A stretch of 61,326 nt of DNA, the filler included, from Hausera hauseri (taxonomy: Eukaryota), in assembly GCA_046269625.1 (NCBI GenBank). It is 11 parts of 11 records of this genome, joined end to end, with 100 filler letters (N's around TTAATTAATTAA, not from the genome) between each part and the next. Parts side by side here need not be neighbours in the genome. Positions count along the whole stretch, not along the records: positions 8,113 to 14,021 come from JBJURY010170307.1; positions 14,122 to 21,965 come from JBJURY010901314.1; positions 22,066 to 29,617 come from JBJURY010006901.1; 8 more parts are not named here. The stretch is one strand, 5' to 3'. The translations under genes were made by a program, and so were the position numbers. Position 1 is the stretch's first letter. Every line of letters starts with the position of its first letter. Under the pieces are notes generated by a model, which was given only the letters and a program-made list of their open reading frames with translations, did no database searches and was not told where the DNA came from. Shown here piece after piece: positions 11,129 to 24,300 of this stretch.

Positions 11129-14100
11129 CTACTTCACTTTCTGAATGCCGACATGCCTCTTTGGCTGTCTTTACTCTAAAGGCTGCAATCACCGCTCCTA
11201 CAACGCAATCCGTTGACTTCCTCATTGATACGGGTGCAGCGATTTCCTTATTACCACCATCATTTCATGTACAAAATTCATAATTCAGAATTAAACCGCT
11301 TCATGTCAACTGCTTCACATCTCTGGCACGGCTAAATTATCTTTCATCTTACCAAAATTCCCTTCACCTTTCCACTGGACGTTTACAGTTGCCAACGTCC
11401 AGACGGCAATTCTAGGGTCCGATTTTCTATTACATTATAATTTATTAGTTGACTGCAGTCAACGATGTCTGAGGAGTGGCATCACTGGCAGCATTACTGA
11501 GCATGTCAATAGCATTTTGATTACCGTGCAGTCGATCGAGACACGGAGGTCAATTTTGGGAAAATCAATACATAATTGAAATTTCCATAATAGTAATTCA
11601 AATTGTAAATTTTTAAATAATAATATTGATATTCAATCGAGGTTCGATGTCGATAAATGTGGTACTGTCACCAATATTCATTCACTTGACGAAATCACTT
11701 CATCCAACACTATTTTTAATTCGACCATCTTACACCAAGTACCACTTGACTGCACGTCACAGAACAATTCACAAATCGCATCCGCTACTACTCAAGCTGC
11801 ATCACCATCGCCACCGAATCTCTCACAGTTGCCTACAACTTTACAACATTTGGTTACCATAACATGTCCACGTGCACATAAAAAAGATCGTTCGTTTACC
11901 TCAACAAACAGCACTGTACATTACATAATTACACAGCATCAACGACCAATACGTCAAAAGGTACGACCACTGTTATCTTCTTGTAGACAGGACGTAGAAG
12001 CCGAATTTCTCGAACTAGAACGCTCCGGCATTGTATGCCGTTGCAAATCTCCTTGTTCGTCACCTTTGCACGTTGTAAAAAAAAGGACGGTAATTTTAGA
12101 CCATGCGGTGACTACCGATAGTTGAACAACTTGACCATGGTGGATGCCTGCCCCTTACCATTCATCAAGGACATCCTGCATCGTCTTAATTCAACTACCA
12201 TTTATTCGACCATCGATTTGGCCAAAGCATACCATCAAATACCGGATGCACCCGACGACATAGAAAAAACTGCTGCCACTACTCCTTTTGGTCTCTAGGA
12301 GTACCTGTTTATGCCTTTCAGTTTGCGAAACGCCCCACAGACCTTTCAGTAACATATTAATTCGATTCTCTCAGATTTACCGTTTGCGCACCCTCATATT
12401 GATGATATTCTGATCGTTTCGTCTTCGGCCAAACAACACGAGGAAAACCTTTGCGCAATATTCCAACGCCTTAACCACCATAATCTTTAAGTCAATTTCG
12501 ACAAATACCATTTCTCCAAAAGCACATCAACTTTTTGGGCCACATTATTTCACAAGATGGCCACTCTCCTCAACCCGACCGAGTTGAAGCCCTTAAAAAT
12601 ATTCGTTTACCACGTACGATTACCGAAATGCGCAGCTTCCTTGGTACACTACACTTTGTACATAAATATGTACCATACTGCTCCGAATTGACAGCACCAT
12701 TGGCACACTTAAACGGTGACAAAAAACATCAGCTAATCCAGTGGACACCTGAGTTGGTAGAAAAATTTGATAAGTTGCACGAAGGAATTAAGACCGTCGA
12801 CATTCTCGCATTTGCCACGCCTGATGCAGAACTCATCCTTACTATAGACGCTTTAACCGCTGCAGTAGGTGCTTTACTCCACCAGATCAACAAAGGAGAA
12901 AATCAACCGCTAGAATTTTTCTCTCGCAAGCTAACANNNNNNNNNNAGGTTCGATCGAAAGTTATTGGTCACCGTTCTTGATTTAAAGCATATCTCCCAC
13001 CTACTTGCCCTCGCCATTTTAATATACAAAACGATCACAAACCCTTACTTAACATTATGACTATGAAACATCCTTCCACACGCCAGGAACAAGAGATATC
13101 ATACTTTTTGACATTTGACTTTGAAAGAAGACATTCATAGGGTTAATAATTTGGTTGCCGACTTTTTATCTAGGTTGGTTAGTTCGATTAATTTTTGCAG
13201 ATTTTTGCGCAAGCTCAACTTCAATAGACCAGAAACCTTAAGACATTCTTAATTCTTTCATATCTTGCACAATTGTTGACGGCGTGGCTTCAGACACTTC
13301 CAAACCAGGTCATTCCGTAATACTTCTCGCACCATCATTGCAAAGGAAAGCATTTAATAGAGTACATTCATTACACTACCCTGGTGCTAAAGCCGCTTTT
13401 CGTTTGCTCCATCGACAAGTAACATGGCCGTCAATGCGTTCTGATGTGCAGGCATGGGTTACAGAGTGTGTGGCTTGTCAAAAATTCAAAACAACTAAGT
13501 ATTTAAAGCCACCACGATTCCACTTCCTCTGCATATCGCGTTTCGAATCAGTGCATATCGACATCTTTGGTCCTCTTCCTCCAGACAACGGTCATTAATT
13601 CATTTTCACCATGATGAATTGTTCCTCGCGATGGCCAGTAGCCATCCCTCTGCGGAGCACGAACACTGATACCATATATCTGACGTTTTCATTCGTACAT
13701 GGTTTAGCAGGTTTGGATTACCTCGCTTCATCATCACGGACCAGGGTCCACAGTTTGAATCTATCCTGTTCAAATCCCCTGTTAACCGATTGGGGATCCA
13801 TCACATACATACTATGCCTTACTATCCCCAATCGAACGGCCTTTTAGAACGCTTCCACGGAACATTGAATACGTCATTAAGAATCCTTGCAGAGTCCAAC
13901 AATAGTTGGACAAATCTTCTTCCGTTTGTTATGCTTGACTGGAGGAACACTCCGTCTACTTCTACGGGATGCTCACCTACTGAAGCCTTATTCGGAGCTC
14001 CTGTACGATCATTGTTCGAACNNNNNNNNNNNNNNNNNNNNNNNNNNNNNNNNNNNNNNNNNNNNTTAATTAATTAANNNNNNNNNNNNNNNNNNNNNNN

Positions 14101-15132
14101 NNNNNNNNNNNNNNNNNNNNNTTTTATAATGTTAATTTTATGACGATGACACAACGTTTACAAAGAATCCAAATGTATTATAGTCTGATTTTATACTTGT
14201 TTCACAGAACTTACAAGCAGAATTAATTGAAGACATTTTTTGTGTCCCGCTTCAGTAAATCTATAATTTTGTGTTTAATCAGCCATTATTAATTCTTTTT
14301 TTGTTAACAAGAAACTCAGAGTGTTTCTATGGTAAAACGTGGACGAAAATGGATGAAAATGTGAAAATAATGATACAAATAGGGCGAAAAATTGGTAAAA
14401 TTTGAAGGAAAATGGCGCAAAGTCTGTGAAAATGAGTGAAATTGGTAAAAATGGGTGACAATGGACGTTTTACGAAACAGGTGAAAAAGGATGCAAAATT
14501 GTGAAAAAGAAATGTTTTATATGGGAGCAAGTCGATTTTACGACTTACTTTCGTTTAGGAAAATCATTAATTTATTAAATTCTGAATAACTAAATAGTTT
14601 CATGATGTTTGTAATCTTGATCAATACACTTGAAATTCGAGTGGTACTGAAGGCCATGTTTGTGCATGCTATGTTGGAATTTAATTGGACGCCAGTTATT
14701 ACACACATTTATAAATGTATAATGCTACTTTACGAATACACATTCGCAACAATTTTACGTACAAAATAATGAATACATGTATTCGATATTATATTTAAAT
14801 ATTTAAATTATACATATATATAATTGTTGAGCAAATCAGTTTTTGGACATAATTAAGGTCTTATTTCGATATGCCTATTGTTTTTCTACAAACTATATGT
14901 ATAAATGTTAAGCTAAAATTTTGAGGGAAATTTACAAGGTTCGACGATTTCATTTTGTTTACAAATTGTTGTCTTAGGTAAGAAAAGTTTCATCGAAGTT
15001 CCTTAAAATTAAGGTTGGAAATTTGTTATTTAATGTTTTTATGGTAAATAACAAACAACTTTTTGTAGAATATTTGGCGGTTTTTCTGCGTAAATAAGTT
15101 GAGAATTTAAATAAGAAATAAATATTTATTAA

Positions 15133-18100
15133 TTAGTAAATCCTTTCTGTGTATTTCTTGTATTCGTCGTCGTGCGTGATATCTTTCTGACAGACAGCAC
15201 ATCGTGAAATTCTCGTCAACGAGTCGTTCTCTGTTCGGTACTGTTTTCCTACTGGTTTGGTGAATGATTCTTCAGAACTGACGGCAGCCAGGAAATAATT
15301 GGATGCGTCACGCCAATGATTACATTGTCCATCGTTGTTGTTGCATTCGATGAAGGGCAATGTGAGGAATTTCTGCATACAGCTGCCGGGTGAAATCATC
15401 GGCTGTACATGAGGATTGTCGTTGCCAAGTGCAATCTATAACAATGAACGATGACGAATGAGTCACGAATGTTACCATCGTATGACTGAATCCCGTCCAC
15501 AGTCGTCGCCATCCGACTGGACACGTTGCATATTGCATGGCGGCCTTCTGCGAGTGCCAGGAAATGACGCGAGTACTCGATCGACAAACGGAACAGCGAC
15601 TAATGTACGGCTGGATGTTTTTGGATTTTTGCGGCATCATCAAATAAGTTTCCTGTGTCGTCAGCCAATATGATCGGCCATTTCTCGAGTTGATGTGACA
15701 TCGTTTGCCAGTTCGGTCATTTTTGTCATAGAAACAAGCCATCAACGGGTCCATGTTAAATCTGACCATGCACGATCCAGGAGTTCCTGAATGACGAATT
15801 GTTTGTAATTGGCGGACAGTAGCTTTAATTGACAAACCCAAATCTGCAGTCGATGATTCACCATTGTTACTGTAACCAAGGTAACTGTATCCTTCATACA
15901 ATTTGTCTCCTGCTGGACACGACGGGATTTGTGTTGATTGTGAATGAACGGCGTATAAGAATCCCGCATCGGCGTATCCTGGTGCGCCAATTGGTCCGCG
16001 GTTGCCGTCCATTCCTTCATCACCGTCGTTTCCTGGCTCACCCTGTGGACCCTCGGCTCCATCATCGCCCTTGTCTCCCTTTTGCCCCTGCTGTCCTCTA
16101 TTCATATTCGGCAGACCTTTTGGTCCTCTGGCACCTTTGTCTCCTTTTTCACCAATTTCTCCAGCCGGTCCCATGTCACCTTTATCACCAGCCAATCCCT
16201 GTCGTCCTTCTGAACCTTGTTGTCCCTCATCACCGACGATACTGCTGCCCTTGTCACCGTTATCCCCTAATTGACCGGCCTCTCCTTGTTTACCTGAATA
16301 CACAAATCATTTGTCACTCATCTTATCTCTATCTTACCTTCATCTCCTCGTTGTCCTCGTTCTCCATCACGTCCCTTTTCCCCATTGTCTCCAGTCTCAC
16401 CTTTTGGCCCCTGTTTGCCACGTTCTCCTTTCTGTCCACCATCTCCTTCATCTCCCTCCTCGCCATTATCACCGACATTACCCTGCTGTCCAATTGGCCC
16501 CGCATTTCCTTTGTCACCGTCCATTCCAGACAATCCTTTTATACCTTTCTCTCCTTTTATCCCGCGTATACTCGGTCGTCCTTTGACTCCTTTCTGTCCT
16601 TGATCTCCTGCAGATTATCAATCAAATGAAATATTGTCAATTTATACTCACCATCTTCTCCTTCATCACCATCTTGTCCTTTATTGCCTTTCACACCCTT
16701 CGCACCTTTCGTCGGCTCTCCTTTGTCTCCTTTGTCACCTCGTTGCCCCTTTATTCCCTTCTCTCCAACATAACCACGTTCTCCTTTTGGTCCTTCTGGT
16801 CCTGGGAATCCCTTTTCTCCTTTTGCACCATCCTCACAAATCGTCATTTCTCCCTTTTCTCCTTTGACCCCCTTTACTCCGCGATTTCCCTTTACTCCTT
16901 TCATTCCCATTGGACCCTGATTACCCTCATCTCCCTGAGGTCCATCTGGACCACGTGGTCCCGGCAACCCATTGTCACCTTGGCTACCTTTGTCTCCTTT
17001 TGCTCCTTTCTCACCACACAGACCTTCCGATCCTCTGAATCCTGGCAAACCGTCATCACCTTTATCTCCTGTTGAACCCTTGTGTCCTTGTGGACCTTGT
17101 TTGCCTCTGATACCTTGATGTCCTGGTGGTCCTTGTTCACCGGGAATTGCAATTCCTTTATCGCCCTTCTCTCCAGGTGCCCCAACATCTCCAGTCGGGC
17201 CAGTCGGTCCTTTGTAACCTTTATCTCCCATAGGGCCGGTTATTCCTTTTGGACCCTGTGAACCGTTGTCGCCCGTTAGACCTTTGTCTCCTGCGTTACC
17301 CTACAACACGTTTGTTTAACAGCAATTTCTATTAACAATATTTACCTTATCTCCACTGACACCAGTCTGACCAATTAATCCCCGTTCACCTTTGTCTCCT
17401 GGTTGTCCATCATTTCCAGCGTCACCTTGTGGGCCAATGCTTCCTGGTAATCCATCAATTCCCTTTTCGCCTGGTAATGAATCGCCTTGTTGGCCAACAA
17501 CGCCTTGTTCACCCTGAGGACCTTCCAGTCCTTGTTCTCCCTTGCGACCTTTTGCACCTTGCATTCCTTGATATCCTTTCAACCCGACAATGGCTTCACC
17601 TTTTACTCCTTTATCTCCATTCACACCATTCTCTCCAACTGGACCAGTGGGGCCTATAAAAAATGAATAAAATTATGAAACAATATCTTTATTTCCCACC
17701 TTGTGGTCCATTAGCTCCTTTGTTTCCAGGTAAACCTGTTTCTCCAATTATTCCTTTGTTACCCTTTGATCCTGGAAGTCCTTGAGCTCCTTTAAAACCT
17801 TTGGAGCCATCAAAACCCTTTGGTCCTTGTGGTCCTTCTTCGCCCTTGGGTCCCTTTTCTCCTTTGTTTCCTCGGTTTCCTTTAAGACCTTGGTCACCTT
17901 TGTTTCCATTTTCTCCAATTTCTCCTGTTATTCCATTGTCTCCCTTTTCGCCTTTCATTCCCTTTATTAGACATACTCCCGAGTCTCCTGGTGCACCAGT
18001 GACACCTTTCGGCCCTAATGATGTCGTTCACTACTTTTATAAAATCGATAATATTTTATACCTTTAGCGCCTTTCTCTCCGCTAACTCCATCGTCACCGG

Positions 18101-21100
18101 GAATTTCTATTGGATTACGTGCTCCCTTTTCACCCTTGTCTCCGTCAGATCCGACGTCTCCTCGTGGTCCTTGTGGTCCGGGAAGGCCTTTTTCTCCTTG
18201 TGGACCATCGGGTCCTACCGGTCCAGTTGGTCCAGTAACTCCACGTTCTCCAGTCTTTCCTTTATCACCAAGCTGTCCTTTAACGCCCTTGGGACCGGTA
18301 ACTGATTTTCCTTTAGGTCCTTGATTGCCATCATCTCCTGGTAAACCTGGTTGACCAGGTAATCCTCTTTCTCCAGATAATCCTTTGTCACCAACTATTC
18401 CAGTGTTTCCGGATAATCCTTTCTCTCCATCAGCTCCCGGTGCACCTAAAATGATTTAGTTTTTTCACTCCCTATTCGTATGCTGTATACCTTTCATTCC
18501 TTCATCACCGGTATCGCCTTCTGGTCCCTGTGGTCCTTTTTCACCTTTTGATCCAGGATAACCATCACGCCCACGCACGCCCGATTCTCCTTTTGGTCCT
18601 CTTAAACCGACAGATCCTGCTGGTCCTGTCGCACCTTTATCTCCCTTGCTACCTTGGTTACCTGAAAATCAATTAACATTCATGCAAAATATGGATATTT
18701 TATCACCTGTTACTCGATGTTGTTCTGTTTTATCACATATAGTTTCTCCTGCTGGGCCTTCTGGTCCTTGGTTTCCCTTAACGCCCTTCATGCCTCTGAT
18801 ACCTTTTATTCCTTTGAATCCCACCAGATCTCTGCCCTTCTCACCCTTCTTACCCTTTACTCCATTTTCACCAGGTATTCCTCTTTCACCACTGTCTCCA
18901 CTGTCTCCATGTGGACCTTGTTTTCCTTTCTCCCCTGGTTTACCATCTTTTCCTGGTTTTCCAACATCTCCTTTTGCACCCTTGTTTCCCGGAACTCCAC
19001 TGTCTCCTTTGTCCCCATCGACAGCTACATATAACAATAACTAAGATTTCAATAAAATTTAATTTACCATCTTTGTATTTTCTATTAATTATGCCTTCTT
19101 CACCTTTGTTTCCCTTTTCACCTTTGAAACCAGCCGCTCCTTGTTTACCCTAGTTAATACTGGATTATAATATTTTTTATTAATTAATATTTACCTTTTC
19201 ACCTTTAATACCAGGAAGGCCTGTTCTGCCATCCTCACCTTTAAATCCCTGTGGTCCACTCTCGCCTTTCTTTCCATCTACCCCACGGTTTCCAATGTGC
19301 CCTCTTTCACCTCTTGATCCTTTTATGCCTGATTCACCTTTATCACAACCTTGACATGTTGGAATTGTTGTTCCTTTGTCTCCTTTTACTCCTTGAGATC
19401 CAGGATTTCCCGGTTTACCGCTACTTCCTTTGTCACCAGGATTTCCTCTTGGTCCTGTTGGACCGACCTTTCCAACACCTGGATATCCCTTATCTCCTTT
19501 ATCTCCTGGTAATCCCTTATTTCCCTTTTCACCCCGTTCTCCTACATCTCCAGGAACTCCTGTTGTTCCTCTTTCAGCAGTCTTGGCCATCGGACCAGTT
19601 TTTCCTTTCGTTCCTTTTTCGCCAGGCATTCCTTGACAACCTTCAGGTCCTGGTCGTCCAATATCTCCGGGTTCTCCAGGATTTCCCTTTTCTCCTTGTG
19701 GTGCTTGTCCACATTCAGGTCCAAGTGGCCCTTGTTCTCCACGAAATCCTTTATCTCCCATATCTCCCTTTAGACCATCTGTACCAGTTCGTCCTGGAAA
19801 ACCTTTTTGACCTTTATCTCCCAGGGGTCCTTGTCCACCTTTCAATCCTTTAGGGCCTGCGCAATTGTCAACATTCTGAAAATTCAGTGCTTATATTTAA
19901 AATTGCAATATAAATATACCCCTGGTAATCCCTTGTTTCCTGGTAATCCTCTCTCTCCATCTAGACCTGTTGGTCCTTGTTCTCCTTTTTCACCTTTATC
20001 TCCTATTGGACCTCGGATTCCGTCAGCTCCAACGTCTCCTTGTGATCCAGCTGTTCCAGGATTTCCTCTGTCTCCTTGGAATCCCTACATTATTTTAAGT
20101 TGTTTTAAAGTTATTTACTCGAAAATGAACCGTACTATAACACACAGTATTCAAATATCTCAAACAGACCAAATTACGCAATCGAGCTTTTCAAATTTTA
20201 TTATAAACTTGTTCGTTTTATACAAATTTTGAGCTTTGATAAAATTGTATTCCTTTTTCGAATCTTGTTCGACTTACATTCGATAGCTGCTCACGCGTTT
20301 ATCAAAATTCGTACGTGAGTGAACAAACCGAATACTTACAGAACAATAATCGTAAAAGTGAATTGCTAATTTATCAAAGATCGATATCATGAAAAATCCT
20401 CTTAATTTGAAAGTTACAGTTGCTTTAATTTGCCTTTGCAGGATAACAATATTTTCTTATTAACGAGAATGATGTTTTAAAATTATTGAACAAGTTATCA
20501 TAAACGTGTGGTACAGTAAGATCTCTTTCCTAGTTTGTTGGATTTACCTTTGGTCCAACTAAACCCTGACTTCCTGTGGCACCCGGTAAACCTCTCGGTC
20601 CGTCTTGTCCCTAATCAAAAATAGATAATAATTTTACTACAACATTTCATACATTGGCTCCAGGTGGTCCCATTGCTCCTTTTTCTCCCTTATATCCAGT
20701 CGATCCCTAGAATGAAAGAAATAAACCCATTTTTCTACTTACGCTCAAATACCTTTTGACCAGGTTCACCTTTGCTTCCAACTGTGACGCTTGGTATAAT
20801 AACTGGAACTTCACAATCTTTTCCAGTATCGCCTCTCATTCCTCTATCTCCCTTATCACCAGTTTGCCCAACAACCGTTTCGTCAGGCATGGACGGTCCT
20901 CTTGGTCCTTGTTTTCCAGTTGCTCCTTTTATGCCTTTATCTCCTTGGATACCTTCGCAACCTTTGAAGCCGGTAATTCCTTTTTGTCCAATTATTCCCT
21001 GGGATTAGATTAAATTTTTATTCGAGATACTTAAATTACAATTTCTCCAATATGTCCTGGTCTGCCTTTTTCTCCTACGTCACCCTTTTCTGCGGGAATT

Positions 21101-21729
21101 ACGTATCCTGATGGACCCTTTTCTCCGGTGTCTCCATCTTCACCTCTTTGTCCTTTACTTCCTAGTAAACCTGGCAGGCCATCTTTTCCCGGATCTCCAG
21201 CTTCACCATCACAACCTGGGTCTCCTTTTACCCCTTTCACTCCTCTAATTCCGGGAAATCCCTGACAACAAAATAAAATTAACATAAACATATGAATGAA
21301 TTACTGGAAATCCATTGGTACCTGGATAACCTGGTTCACCTTCTGCTCCCTTAAATATTATTATTGAGTAATACTTATACATTCATATTTTACTTGTTCG
21401 CCTTTTGGACCCTGCATTCCCATAATTCCACTTGGTCCTTTAACTCCTTTTGGACCTGGTCTGCCTTTGAGACCTTGTGGTCCTTTGACGCCAGGTAATC
21501 CGGTTGGTCCTGGTGGCCCTGGCATTCCCTGGGGTCCTTTTGGTCCGATACAGTTACATTTATCCGGTGTGCATATTTTCTTACAATCCGGTATTACAAT
21601 ATCATCATATCCAAATACATTGGACACCAGCATCAACGTACATTGAAATGCTAATAATCTGAATGAATTATTCGTTATATCGATTATCAATTTCGAGATA
21701 TTTTATACTTACAATTGCAAATTTTTCAT
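15133..21729 (-). CDS. COL4A: Type IV collagen alpha chain (multi-exon, apparently complete)
   Basis: Spliced N-terminus [22 protein letters not shown] (signal peptide; intron 21712-21659), Cys-rich 7S region [12 protein letters not shown], long interrupted Gly-X-Y domain, C-terminal NC1 with two HSQ..CP..L(Y/W).G(Y/F)S..GSCM..SRC.VC repeats. Introns are canonical GT-AG, e.g. 15475-15436, 15837-15787, 16337-16294, 16651-16608, 17345-17301, 17699-17654, 18061-18015, plus one intron of about 460 nt near 20085-20547. Confidence 0.97.
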
Positions 21730-22065
21730 TATTCGTTCACTGAAAATGTGTAACTCGCTTCCAAGAAGTGGATATCACAGTTGAAATCCGGGTATAACAA
21801 TTCAGTGAATGTACCGAATGGGAAAATTTTCATTATTTATATCAATTTATTGTAATAGTTACATAATTCGGTTTGTTAGGATTATCAGTTAGTATTCTGC
21901 CAGAACACCGAATTAGTCATTGGAATATGTTGTTTGTGCTTGTATTAAATAAGCAACAAATTGTTNNNNNNNNNNNNNNNNNNNNNNNNNNNNNNNNNNN
22001 NNNNNNNNNTTAATTAATTAANNNNNNNNNNNNNNNNNNNNNNNNNNNNNNNNNNNNNNNNNNNN

Positions 22066-22250
22066 CCGATCGATTCGATCAATACTGCACTGTGCAGCGA
22101 TCGATTTGTGAAATGTGCAAAAATGTGCCTAGCAACGGTGCCTAACGGCACCGTTGCCTAGCACTTTATGGATCGATAGTGTTCCATGTGCACTATCGAT
22201 CGGCACTTGTGCAAATCGATTTATCGATCCAACCCCCCCCGGGGGGTTGA
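22066..22250. repeat. Nested inverted repeats forming a Y-shaped hairpin plus a C8/G6 palindrome
   Basis: GCAACGGTGCC(22132-42)/GGCACCGTTGC(22147-57); GATCGATAGTG(22171-81)/CACTATCGATC(22191-201); outer ATCGATTTG(22100-08)/CAAATCGAT(22212-20); CAACCCCCCCCGGGGGGTTG(22230-49). Confidence 0.85.
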
Positions 22251-22290
22251 GCCAGAAGCGGTATTTTCCCCCTACTGAATAAATCACTCG

Positions 22291-23054
22291 GTGGAAAAAA
22301 TCCAAAGCATGCCATCTTTTCGATTATCTTTATCGCGAAATAATATTGCGTTGAATTTTCAAAATTCCGTTAGAGGGAGTCGTAGTTGCAAAAGTGACAT
22401 TGGCAGTGGATTAATTGACTCGAATGACAAGAGTCTTTTGAATAATAGCCAACAATTATCAGCGGCAACTGTCAGATCGTCAACGCTTGACATTTATTCA
22501 AAATACTTTTAACTATGATTGTTCGAACATTGAGAATTTGTGCTATCCACAAAGCGCTACAGGTACTCTCAGAATGACGGAAATCGATATGTTTGATAAA
22601 AATAATGTCTTCTTCAGCCATTGGTGAAGAAAAATATGCAACACTGAGACCAAAAGATATTCGAAAATCATCAGCAAAATTTACCGGTTCGAATCAATTC
22701 AAACATAAAAATATGTCAAGTAATCTCGTTCATCCTCTTCCTCTTCCAGCTTATGGTGAATACCTTGCGCCATTGAACGATTTTCTCATTAAAGAATCAT
22801 GTCCTACTTGGCCACATAATTACAAAAGCAGTACAGCTTTAATGCTATTCATTGCTTTAATTCCTTTGCGGAATACACGATCATTTTGGAAAAGAGATTT
22901 AGAACGTCTTTTACATTGTATTATTTTGGGTTTGGATTATAAAAAATATCTAGTGCATGAAAAATGTAAAATTCTGTTACTAAAAATTTTGGGAACTCTG
23001 TGTCCAGAACAACAAGAGTTTAAGATTTTAAATCTTTTCATGATGGGATCCTAA
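22291..23054 (+). pseudogene. fry: Furry/FRY-like gene fragment, intronless, broken
   Basis: HPLPLPAYGEYLAPLNDFL..ALMLFIAL..W...LERLLHCIILGLDYKKYLVHEKCKILLLKIL matches the Furry segment PLPMP..GGY.APL..YL..W..HLP.LLH...LGLDH....V.EHCK.L.LNLL. Bounded by stops. Confidence 0.8.
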
Positions 23055-23099
23055 AAAATCAATGTTGTTTACGAATGGCAATAGTAAAAAAGCAGTATT

Positions 23100-24300
23100 T
23101 CGAACACCGAACATAGACCTAGGAGTCGTTTATTTGACGATTTATTTCCAAATGTAGAATCTACTAAAATGTAAATATCGAGGATATGGATAGAAAACTA
23201 CAACGGACGTTGTCCAGCTATATTGTAACGAGTACTGCTACGTTAATTACTTTGTCGAAAATACAATCAAACTGTCAAACGAAATACAGTTTACTTAATT
23301 CGGAAAAGTCGATCCCGACCAGATAAAACAATGTGACACCAGTACAGATGTTATGTGTAAAAGACCTACGCCTATTTTTGACGTTCAAGGTAGAACGACT
23401 GTAATGCTGGACGATTTCAGAGATTCAACTAGTTGTTCAATACGAGTTATGGCTTTGAACAGGGAAGATCTGGGTCCACCTTCAAAAAATTCCGCTTGTA
23501 CCATTGCGGTAGCTAAACTAGAAGAATCAGAACAAGTTAAGGGTGTCAGAATAAACAAAACATCAGTGTTTATTGGTTACACAGTACTCAAACCAATGGA
23601 AAAATGCTGGAATACTGTTTTCCGGCGACTCGTTATGGTCAAAAGGAACGTCTGCACCGTTATCAGCGGCCAAATTTCAAAAAACGATATGATTACATGA
23701 TTTACTGTGTTCAAGAACATTTCACGATTGAAGGTCTGGGCGAGAAATACGTATGATAGCGGACACAAAGACTCTACGAAGATTGACGATTTCTATGGCG
23801 ATTCCATTATTCCTCCGTGTGAATTTGTCCCTGGCTATGCACAAAAGCCGACGTGAAGAAAAGATTTCTTAGACATTTCGAATAGGGACCATTCAAATTT
23901 GGATGTTCTTAGAAACAATTCGTTATTAATTAAGTCCGTTGAACAATTCCTCACGTTCTCATATGCGTGCAGTGCAATCTATGATTTCATCGGATACAAT
24001 CTTATTATCAAAGTATCAACAAATGGTTTGCCACGAACACTAAGCGTTAGTGATATTCGAACGATGGAACATAGTGTTTGTATCAGCTGAAAATCTCGTG
24101 GCATAACTGACAGTACGGCACCAATAACTGGGTTCATTGTGAACTTGATTAATCAGTATAGAAATAAATTTAAAACTGTACCAGTCGAACACAGTGCTCG
24201 AACGTTTTACATGAACAATGTTACTTGTTCGTCAGACTTTACTTCTCAAATTAGGTCCCAAAATGTGACTCAAAAGTGACCATATCGATCTGAAGGGTTT
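23100..24300 (+). pseudogene. Degenerate fibronectin type III repeat gene fragment
   Basis: SIRVMALNREDLGPPS, LKVWARNTYDSG and APITGFIVNL are typical FN3 strand motifs. Multiple stops and frameshifts; parent gene not identifiable. Confidence 0.6.

Larger units (their letters stand above)
9660..14021 (+). mobile_element. Ty3/Gypsy retrotransposon, CsRn1-like clade, copy A (Ubl-gag / PR-RT-RH-IN), degenerate
   Basis: Gag with CsRn1-type helical N-domain and CHCC knuckles, protease FLIDTGA (DTG at 11227-11235), RT SPLHVV/DLAKAYHQI/IDDILI, RNase H TIDA..AVGA..PLEFFSRKL, integrase HHCC and VHIDIFGPLP..YYPQSNGLLERFH. Many stops; runs into the spacer. Confidence 0.95.

Noticed and set aside
15829-21013. 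Many plus-strand Pro/Ser/Phe-rich ORFs over the collagen gene
   Set aside because: Antisense shadows of the Gly-X-Y codon periodicity.
21730-21965. Head-to-head partner collagen IV gene or bidirectional promoter
   Set aside because: The contig ends 236 bp upstream, so this cannot be assessed.
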